Part shown: piece by piece, positions 57,150-64,000 of the stretch | How positions within the stretch are numbered: the stretch's first letter is position 1 | Layout of the letters: each line of letters begins with the position of its first letter | NCBI GenBank assembly: GCA_964422205.1 | Contig: CAYRAI010000004.1 | Location: 8,417 to 72,416 of the forward strand | DNA length: 64,000 nt | Direction: 5' to 3' | Source: an uncultured Synergistaceae bacterium | GTDB taxonomy: Bacteria; Synergistota; Synergistia; Synergistales; Synergistaceae | Notes under the pieces: generated by a model | Databases searched by the model: none | What the model was told of the DNA's origin: nothing | The model's input: the letters and a program-made list of their open reading frames with translations, nothing else | Program-made: the position numbers and the translations under genes

Positions 57150-57178
57150 ATTATACATTATAACTTTTTTTTTGTACA
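57150..57178 (-). promoter_or_regulatory. Sigma-70-like promoter of rplJL
   Basis: Minus strand TGTACA (57178-57173), 17-nt spacer, TATAAT (57155-57150). Confidence 0.5.
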
Positions 57179-57439
57179 GACTCAATTTTACACAGACTGC
57201 CGAATTTTTTGATGCCGCAAATAGAATATTAATCTGCTATCTCATTACCGGCATAATTTCTTTTCTGTATTCCGCCAGTTTTCGTTAAAAAATTTTCCGA
57301 TGATGTTTTATTCTTCGCGCTCTAAAAACACGTGAAACTGACAATGTGCTGTTTTTAGGTTTTACGGGATAATATTTACACCATATATGCAGGATTACTT
57401 TGCATTTGTACCGCAATTTAGGAAAAGAGGCGAAATACG

Positions 57440-58522
57440 ATGGCTTACTCTATACTTGTGCTCAACACAGGTTCCACATCGACAAAGATGGCGGTGTATA
57501 AAGACAGAGAGAAAGTTCTTCAAAAAGAATATATTCACACAAAACAGTTTCTCGAAAAATATCCATACATGTCTGACCAGCTCCCAATGAGACAGCAGAT
57601 TGCGGAAGAGTTCGCCATGTCGGATGCCAAGGACTTCGCACCTTTTGACGCCATTGTCGCGCGCGGAGGAATTCTCTCCCCCATACACTCAGGCGGATAC
57701 GAGATCAATTACGAGATGGTGGACTATCTGCTTAATGTCTGCGAAGAAGAGCACGCTTCCAATGTCGCAGCATGTATAGCTTATGAACTGAGCAAGATGC
57801 TCCCCATTCCACACGCCTACATCTATGACGGCATTTCAACAGATGAGCTTGAGCCGATAGCGCGTATAAGCGGCATAAAGGAAATGCCGAGAGTCTCGGT
57901 CACTCACGCTCTGAATATGAGGGCTACGGCTCATAAAGCTGCTGGGGATATTGGCAAAAAATATAATGAATGCACATTCATCATAGCTCACTTAGGCGGA
58001 GGCATATCCATGACACTGCATAAGAACGGACGTGTCATAGATGTTGTCGGAGATGACGAGGGGCCATTCTCTCCGGAACGCTCGGGAGGACAGCAGCTTG
58101 TTCAGCTCATTAAGTACATGAGCAAGAGAGATAGCATGAAGGCAAAGCTGAGAGTTATAAGGGGAGACAGCGGGCTTTTCAGCTATTTCGGCACAAGCGA
58201 TGCCAGAGAGGTCGAAAAGTTGATAAATGACGGAGACGAGCACGCAAAGCTTGTCTATGATGCAATGGCATATCAGATTGCAAAATCCATAGCAACTCTT
58301 GCCACAGTCGTCGAAGGCAAGGTTGACTGCATTGCCTTAACAGGAGGACTGGCTTACTCAAAAATGCTGACGGAGCAAGTCGCAAAGAGAACAAATTTTA
58401 TTGCTCCCATGAGGCTATACCCAGGAGAGAATGAGATGGAGTCACTGGCATTCGGCGCATACAGAATTTTAAGCGGCGAAGAGAGGGCAAGAACCTTCCG
58501 TTACGAGCAAAATGAAAAATAG
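57440..58522 (+). CDS. buk: Butyrate kinase
   Basis: ILVLNTGSTSTKMAVYKD N-terminus, 360 aa; acetate/butyrate kinase ASKHA fold pattern. Confidence 0.9.
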   Translation: MAYSILVLNTGSTSTKMAVYKDREKVLQKEYIHTKQFLEKYPYMSDQLPMRQQIAEEFAMSDAKDFAPFDAIVARGGILSPIHSGGYEINYEMVDYLLNVCEEEHASNVAACIAYELSKMLPIPHAYIYDGISTDELEPIARISGIKEMPRVSVTHALNMRATAHKAAGDIGKKYNECTFIIAHLGGGISMTLHKNGRVIDVVGDDEGPFSPERSGGQQLVQLIKYMSKRDSMKAKLRVIRGDSGLFSYFGTSDAREVEKLINDGDEHAKLVYDAMAYQIAKSIATLATVVEGKVDCIALTGGLAYSKMLTEQVAKRTNFIAPMRLYPGENEMESLAFGAYRILSGEERARTFRYEQNEK

Positions 58523-58532
58523 AGTTTTATAT

Positions 58533-58567
58533 TAAAAGAGAGGCGCTTGAGTGCGCCTCCCTTTTAA
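58533..58567. terminator. Bidirectional terminator between buk and the convergent DUF1847 gene
   Basis: GAGGCGC-TTGAGT-GCGCCTC flanked by AAAAG and CTTTT. Confidence 0.7.
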
Positions 58568-59148
58568 TATTTGTCATCAAGCTTTATCCGGTTCATCTTT
58601 TTAAATGCAGCAGAGCAGTAAATGGCGGCAAGAGGGTTGTGTCCGGTTACTCTGTCCTTAACCGCAACAGGGATCACATATGTGTGGGAGTGCTTGATAA
58701 AAAGAGCATCATGACCTACGCACAGACCAAGAAGCAAATTCAGCTCCGTGCCGCACTCTTTTAATATTCTAGCCTGCTCTATGGGGTTGCAGCTTGTCTC
58801 GCCGACATTGCAGCCTCTCTTTGCTCCAAGTTCAGACTTTGGGATTCCGCAAGTCTTGCAGCACACACTTTCAACCTCAAAATATTCAGAAAGAAAAGCA
58901 CATAGTTTCTCCGCCTCTGACGCAAGACCTATACAAAACGCGATTCCAAGTTTTTTATAGCCCATACGCCCCGCAAAGACTACAATCTCCTGAATTCTAT
59001 TAAAGTCGCCGTAGAAATCCGCTTCTACAGATGCGGCGGCCTGCATCATCTTATACTCCTGCGGATCGGAATAAAGTGGGATGCTGTCCTTTGTCACGCA
59101 TGGATTTCCCTTTTCGCACTCTTTACCGGAACACATATCACATCTCAT
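58564..59148 (-). CDS. Cys-rich DUF1847-like putative metal-binding protein
   Basis: 194 aa; N-terminal CDMCSGKECEKGNPC and later CCKTCG / CNVGETSCNP clusters. Family assignment is from memory. Confidence 0.6.
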   Translation of the reverse strand: MRCDMCSGKECEKGNPCVTKDSIPLYSDPQEYKMMQAAASVEADFYGDFNRIQEIVVFAGRMGYKKLGIAFCIGLASEAEKLCAFLSEYFEVESVCCKTCGIPKSELGAKRGCNVGETSCNPIEQARILKECGTELNLLLGLCVGHDALFIKHSHTYVIPVAVKDRVTGHNPLAAIYCSAAFKKMNRIKLDDKY

Positions 59149-60043
59149 AAAAAAACTCCTTCATATCATCGGGCATGGGAGCAGATATCGTCAAGCCCCG
59201 AAGAGACTCGGGGAGAGCTGCATCATTCGGGAAGGAGACAGAAAAAGCGTGCAGCAGAGGCCGTTTTGCCCCTTTGCCGCTACCATACTTGCAGTCCCCG
59301 AGTATCGGGTGTCCTATCGCCGACAGATGCACTCGCGCCTGATGCGGGCGTCCCGTCACAAGTTCGACTTCCACGGTGCTTCCGAACTTTCCCAAAGAGA
59401 GCCGCCTGTACCTAGTAAGAGCATTCTGCCCTTTCGCATCGACTTTAACTGTGTTGCTCTCTGAGTCTTTAAGCAGAGGAAGGTTTATCTCCCCGCTCTC
59501 CTCAGTCTCGCCTGATACCACTGCTCTGTAGATTTTTTTTATCTTTCTCTCTCTGATAAATTCTGACAAAGTTCTCTGAGATCTACCGCACAGTGCTATT
59601 ATCACAACTCCGGATGTGTTGCGGTCAAGCCTCTGGACGGTAGATGGGTGGAAATCAAGCCTTGTCCACTCAAGCTCCGCCAAAGCACGAGTAATAAGAG
59701 AATCCCCGCCCTTTGTATCTGGCTGAGTCAGCAGCCCCGCGGGCTTATTCACTATCCAGAGATAATCGTCTTTATACAAAGTATCAAGAGGAGGATACTT
59801 TGCGGAAGAGGCCGGATTTTGAGCCATCGCTCCCAAAGGCGCGTCATCGCTCCACGGAACTTGGAGAAACTGCCCCTCCTTAAGCCTCGTGTCCGCGGAA
59901 ACCTTCTTCGCATCCAGCCGAACTTCACCTTTGCGCAGAGCTTTCATAATAGCTCCCAAGGGAACCTGCGGCCACATTGTGCGCAAAAGCCTGTCGACTC
60001 TGCGCCCCTCCTGATCCTTTGTTATATAAAATTCCTTAGGCAC
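59138..60043 (-). CDS. RluA-family 23S rRNA pseudouridine synthase (S4 domain + catalytic domain)
   Basis: HRLDRNTSGVVIIA-type catalytic Asp motif (VQRLDRNTSG), HQARVHL motif; GTG start. Confidence 0.9.
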   Translation of the reverse strand: MPKEFYITKDQEGRRVDRLLRTMWPQVPLGAIMKALRKGEVRLDAKKVSADTRLKEGQFLQVPWSDDAPLGAMAQNPASSAKYPPLDTLYKDDYLWIVNKPAGLLTQPDTKGGDSLITRALAELEWTRLDFHPSTVQRLDRNTSGVVIIALCGRSQRTLSEFIRERKIKKIYRAVVSGETEESGEINLPLLKDSESNTVKVDAKGQNALTRYRRLSLGKFGSTVEVELVTGRPHQARVHLSAIGHPILGDCKYGSGKGAKRPLLHAFSVSFPNDAALPESLRGLTISAPMPDDMKEFFYEM

Positions 60044-60061
60044 GGTAAAAACTCTTTCTTC

Positions 60062-61081
60062 CTAGCGATTCCAGAAACGGCGGCCCGTCCCGTTGTGCCA
60101 CTGAGATATGGGTTGGTCGTCCGAGAGGTCCTTCACGCTGTCATTCCAGCAGAACATACGGAAATCCAGTTCGTCCGCGGCGGAGACAATCATAGCCTCT
60201 GGCGTTGCGGGAACGACAGGCGAGCCGAACTCCTTCTGTCCATGGTGGCTCAGCAGAATGTGAGCCAAGTGAAGCTTGAGCTTTGAATCAAGTCCCGCTC
60301 TCTCAGCCAGCTCCATAAATTTAAGATATCCCTGAGCTACATGGTCAAGCACCGCACCCTCAATTGTCATTTCCGGAATAGATGTCATGCAGTAAGAATC
60401 AATCTTGCCTATGTCATGCAGCAAAGCTCCCGCAACGACAACGTCAACATCCACATCATAGCCCGAGTCCCGCATAGAAAGAGCCATTGATTTTGCGCAG
60501 CCGGCAACGGAGAGAGTATGCTCCAAAAGACCGTTGGCATAAGCGTGGTGGTGGCTCACAGCTGCGGGCCAGTCACGGAACTTGCGCCACATATCGCCGC
60601 TGAAGACAAACTTCAGAAAATCCGCAACTTCCGGGCGGCATCCGCGCACAAGTGAATCATATCTCGCAGTCATCTTATCTATCGGGATAGGAGAACGGGG
60701 AAGGTACTGAGCGGCAGGAAACCTGTCCTGATTAAGCAGTGTCAGCTTATTAAAATTAAACTGCACCTGACCTCTGTACTCGGCCGTCTTGCCGTCCACA
60801 CCCATAGTATTTCCAGCAAGTCCCTTAATCCTCTCCTCCAAAAGCTTCTTCGCCGGAGCTGTAGGATCAAGCTCGGAATCAGAACGGTCAAACCAAGCCG
60901 CATCCGACCAGATTTTCGCATCTATAGTCCCGGTAGAGTCCGAAACCGAAATCTCATAATAGGGCTTGCCGTTTTTATCCGTCTTCTGAAATATCGAAGT
61001 AACTACAAATATCGCCTTAAACATACTCCCTGCCGGGAGCTTCTTCAATTCCTGTATATTCTGAAGCTGTGTTCCTGCCAT
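60062..61081 (-). CDS. OB-fold + HD-domain phosphohydrolase (YhaM-like 3'-5' exoribonuclease family)
   Basis: N-terminal OB fold (FVVTSIFQKTDKNGKPYYEISVSDSTGTIDAKIW) and HD domain (HHAYANGLLEHT...LLHDIGK). ATG 61081 follows GGAAGGA. Confidence 0.7.
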   Translation of the reverse strand: MAGTQLQNIQELKKLPAGSMFKAIFVVTSIFQKTDKNGKPYYEISVSDSTGTIDAKIWSDAAWFDRSDSELDPTAPAKKLLEERIKGLAGNTMGVDGKTAEYRGQVQFNFNKLTLLNQDRFPAAQYLPRSPIPIDKMTARYDSLVRGCRPEVADFLKFVFSGDMWRKFRDWPAAVSHHHAYANGLLEHTLSVAGCAKSMALSMRDSGYDVDVDVVVAGALLHDIGKIDSYCMTSIPEMTIEGAVLDHVAQGYLKFMELAERAGLDSKLKLHLAHILLSHHGQKEFGSPVVPATPEAMIVSAADELDFRMFCWNDSVKDLSDDQPISQWHNGTGRRFWNR

Positions 61082-61243
61082 AATAAAATCTTCCTTCCGC
61101 TGCAATCACATTGTACTGAAAATCATAAAGCCATAAATCACGGCACATTATAATCATGCCCCTATAATATCCTCTAATATGTGATAATGTCAAAAAAAGA
61201 GGCAGGGAATCCCCGCCTCTTTTCTGATGTTTTAACTGAGCTT

Positions 61244-62452
61244 TTACTTCCCAGTACTACCCTTCAAAGATTCATACTTTTTAGGAATCTTAACATCGGC
61301 TGTATGCATATAGCCTTTGCCAAAAATATATGTGTCCTGATACACCATAATATATTTCTTATTTCTGGTTCCCGTGGCAAGATCTAAATACTGTCTGCCG
61401 TTCCACCTTGCGCCGGGAGTATATTTTTCAAGACATGCAAGATAGTCCTTCATGCTCGGAAGCTTTGCTTTCTTCTCGACAATACGTTTGCCGTACTCCA
61501 CCATCGCGCACGTGTTGCACCAAGGTATAGAACTGTTCCAAGTTCCCATGCGTCCCTTGCCTCCGGCCTTAATGACCGTCTTTTCTATCTTATTCATTAT
61601 TGCCGGCCAATTTCCCGACTCATTCTTCAAATCTATTCCAAAAGCTCCTGGGTATCCAAGTATCGGAGACGGGTCATCCTGCTCTATAAATATGCCGCCA
61701 TATTTTGCTATCTGCTTCAGAAGAGGCTCTGTCTGAGCGTCATTTGTGCAGTAGAAAGCTGTCTTCTTGCCATACTTCTGTATCCATGCGGGAACCTTCT
61801 CAAGCACAAACTGCTGAGCGCCTGCGACACCGACATCACTTACAGGGTCGGGAGCAGTCTCGAACGAAAACTTTATGCCAAGATCCTTGCATGCGGCTTC
61901 CATAATCGCACGCTTGCGGGCTTGAAGTTCATAACTCTGGTGTCGGGGGAAAGAAACCAAAACAAAATTCTTGGCTCCTAGCTTCTTTGCCGTGCTTATT
62001 ATCAGATATCCGCGTGAGATACTGTCACCCACGGCGCTAAAGTCCGAAATTGAAGAGATAACATTCGGATCTTCGTGAGGAGAGCCTGAAAGACACACTA
62101 TATCAGGCCTTTTTTCCTTTATTCTGCGGAAAGCCTCCGTAGTTCCCGGCACTGCGTCATTTACGACTATTACCTTAATTTTAGGATCATCAGCGAGTCC
62201 GACAATCTGAGATATACTCGTTTCCATCTCCTGCATAAAATTATCGGGAATAGTTACATGCTTAATCATACCGCCCTTTGATGCGTCCCCATACTCCTTG
62301 ACAATATTTTCGGCACCTCGGTAAGCATCCTCAGCCTGCGAAACAGTCGGAGTGGCAACCCCGATACGGAATTTAGGTTCAGCCGATGCTGTCCCCACAA
62401 ACGACAAAGAGATGAACAACAAAGCAAAAAACCAAATAAAGCCCTTCTTCAT
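61244..62452 (-). CDS. Secreted periplasmic-binding-protein-like protein (DUF3798-like)
   Basis: Signal peptide MKKGFIWFFALLFISLSFVGTASA; type I PBP-like alternation. DUF assignment is from memory. Confidence 0.55.
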   Translation of the reverse strand: MKKGFIWFFALLFISLSFVGTASAEPKFRIGVATPTVSQAEDAYRGAENIVKEYGDASKGGMIKHVTIPDNFMQEMETSISQIVGLADDPKIKVIVVNDAVPGTTEAFRRIKEKRPDIVCLSGSPHEDPNVISSISDFSAVGDSISRGYLIISTAKKLGAKNFVLVSFPRHQSYELQARKRAIMEAACKDLGIKFSFETAPDPVSDVGVAGAQQFVLEKVPAWIQKYGKKTAFYCTNDAQTEPLLKQIAKYGGIFIEQDDPSPILGYPGAFGIDLKNESGNWPAIMNKIEKTVIKAGGKGRMGTWNSSIPWCNTCAMVEYGKRIVEKKAKLPSMKDYLACLEKYTPGARWNGRQYLDLATGTRNKKYIMVYQDTYIFGKGYMHTADVKIPKKYESLKGSTGK

Positions 62453-62721
62453 TATTAGTACGTCCCCCTTAAAATATTTTGCTGTTCGGCTCTGCGCCGA
62501 TGCCTAAGACTAACATCGCACCTTCACCATGTAAACATAAAGTATTATTTTATTTTTCTTAATTAAATTAGATATAATTTGAATTATAGGATTAATTTTA
62601 AGTACAACAATAGCAAAAACTTTATTTTAAAAATTTAAATTTGACGGAAATATAGTGACGGCTATATGATTGCAATAGTATTCTTGAAATACTCAAGACC
62701 AATAAGAAAGAGGCAAAAACA

Positions 62722-63480
62722 ATGAAACCGCTAATCGGAATAGCATCATCCGCATTTTATGACTCTTTTGCAGACATAGATTTCAACAGTATGGACAAAG
62801 AAATAGTTGAAAATTGCTGGGAACGCATGTGTCTGACAGGCAAAATGTCCCGCCACATAAACTCTTCGGGCGGGGCTGCCGAAATCCTTTCCCTTAAAAA
62901 CACAGATGAACAGATAGATACTATAGCATCGCGCTGCGATGGTTTTCTTTTCTGCGGAGGGGCAGATATTACCCCATCTCTCTACGGCGAGGAAATTAAC
63001 GGAAGCAAAGATATAGACGAAATGCGCGACAAATTTGAATTATCGCTTTTGAAAAAAGCCTACGAAAAAGGCAAAACAATCTTTGGAATATGCAGAGGCC
63101 AGCAAATGATAAATATCGCATTCGGCGGAACCCTGCACCAAGATATCAACGGCATTGACGAAAAATTCAAACGCCACCAAGCTCCATACCCCATGGATTC
63201 TTACATCCACACAGTAAAAACAGTCATGCCGCAATTTATCCCGGAAGGAGCCGGGAGTGAGTTCCGAGTAAATTCCGCGCACCACCAGGCAATAAAGAAA
63301 ATTGCCGACGGGTTTGAAGCAACGGCCTATTCCGACGACGGAATCATCGAAGGAATAGCAATGCCGTCATATAAAAAAGGACTGATAGGAGTACAGTGGC
63401 ATCCCGAATCCTTAGCCGACTTCGATCCGATTCACCATAATTTTTTTAAAATGCTGGTAGAGTACGCAAAGATTTCGTAG
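62722..63480 (+). CDS. Class I glutamine amidotransferase-like, peptidase C26 (gamma-glutamyl-GABA hydrolase PuuD family)
   Basis: GICRGQQMINIAFGGTL nucleophile Cys and VQWHPE His/Glu motif. Confidence 0.85.
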   Translation: MKPLIGIASSAFYDSFADIDFNSMDKEIVENCWERMCLTGKMSRHINSSGGAAEILSLKNTDEQIDTIASRCDGFLFCGGADITPSLYGEEINGSKDIDEMRDKFELSLLKKAYEKGKTIFGICRGQQMINIAFGGTLHQDINGIDEKFKRHQAPYPMDSYIHTVKTVMPQFIPEGAGSEFRVNSAHHQAIKKIADGFEATAYSDDGIIEGIAMPSYKKGLIGVQWHPESLADFDPIHHNFFKMLVEYAKIS

Positions 63481-63515
63481 TAAAAATCAAATTTTTCCCA
63501 GACAAACACCATCCG

Positions 63516-63553
63516 CCGCGCCCGCTTGCAGCATCAAAGCGAGCGCGGTTTTT
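63516..63553 (+). terminator. Terminator after the C26 amidotransferase gene
   Basis: CCGCGCCCGCTT / AAGCGAGCGCGG (one mismatch) followed by TTTTT. Confidence 0.7.
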
Positions 63554-63919
63554 GCCCATGAGAGCCACTCGTGCTAATTGTGAACTTTCAAGAACATAAG
63601 TTAATCCCAGCCAGAAGATTTAAAAAACATAGAATTTCGAGAAGTAACGGTTGGTTATACTTTTGAGGATTGACCGCAAAAGCCCTATATGGGCAGCATG
63701 GTAAAGTAAGAATAAGAACTATCGGCTTAGCCGAGATTTGTCTTTGTACAAAAACCTCCGAGACATATTTACATTGGACGTTATCCAGGTCGATAATCAC
63801 TGCCTATATGGGGTGGCAGCATCCCCTTATTAAATTGGATTTTTCACAGAAAGTTTGTATTTACGGAGATAATCTTACAGACTTCTGCTTGGACCTGCGA
63901 AAGTATTCAGCGGTTCATA

Positions 63920-64000
63920 GTTTCAACTAACGCGCCTGCGTGAGGCGCGACGCAACATCATCAATTTTTGACGCATTTGGTATGTTTCAACTAACGCGCC
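63920..64000 (-). CRISPR. Start of a CRISPR array (type I-C-like 32-nt repeat), truncated by the window edge
   Basis: GTTTCAACTAACGCGCC occurs exactly at 63920-63936 and 63984-64000 (64-nt period). The full first repeat is GTTTCAACTAACGCGCCTGCGTGAGGCGCGAC. Its reverse complement GTCGCGCCTCACGCAGGCGCGTTAGTTGAAAC has the GTCGCGCC...stem...TTGAAAC architecture of I-C repeats. One 32-nt spacer is visible. Confidence 0.7.

Noticed and set aside
63553-63919. ORFs 63588-63800 (minus) and 63670-63930 (plus), and the imperfect direct repeat CCTATATGGG..CAGCAT (63684-63699 and 63803-63822), next to the CRISPR array
   Set aside because: The ORFs overlap each other, lack SD sequences and have no recognisable similarity. 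The plus ORF runs into the first CRISPR repeat. The short repeat is only ~16 nt with indels. This is probably non-coding array-flanking DNA.

Overview
This 64-kb window is mostly chromosomal backbone from an anaerobic, amino-acid-fermenting bacterium. A Synerg-CTERM-like sorting tail and the gene content suggest Synergistota, but that is inference only. I support about 52 protein genes.

Gene content, in order:
- An HdeD-like membrane protein.
- A 1376-aa secreted beta-helix/Ig-like surface protein bracketed by ~75-nt direct repeats.
- An MFS / Fur / MoeA-like / XdhC-like operon.
- A leader-peptide-attenuated ilvN-ilvC-leuA-ilvB-ilvD cluster.
- uspA, a Cache/PAS diguanylate cyclase, a proline-iminopeptidase-like hydrolase and glmS.
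- folD plus a complete glycine-cleavage operon (gcvT-H-PA-PB-lplA-lpd).
- A four-gene hndABCD-type [FeFe]-hydrogenase operon, divergent from a nuoE-like / selenocysteine fdhA / focA / mobA operon.
- A NarL-type two-component pair.
- A GntR-headed peptide uptake and hydrolysis locus: D-aminoacylase, M19-like dipeptidase, Dpp-type ABC transporter and M24 peptidase.
- rplJ-rplL, buk, then DUF1847 / rluA-family / yhaM-like genes, a DUF3798-like binding protein and a C26 amidotransferase.
- The first repeats of a type I-C-like CRISPR array, running off the right edge.

No rRNA, tRNA, transposase or integrase gene was recognised. I did not find a convincing novel multi-gene system.

The most checkable unusual items are:
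- the BCAA leader-peptide attenuator;
- the mirrored hydrogenase/FDH module, which has one NuoF for two NuoE;
- the repeat-bracketed adhesin locus with an unexplained non-coding tail;
- a gcv leader that has a terminator but no recognisable glycine-riboswitch core;
- the edge CRISPR array.

All start codons were chosen by eye from RBS spacing and typical N-termini. No searches or folding programs were run.
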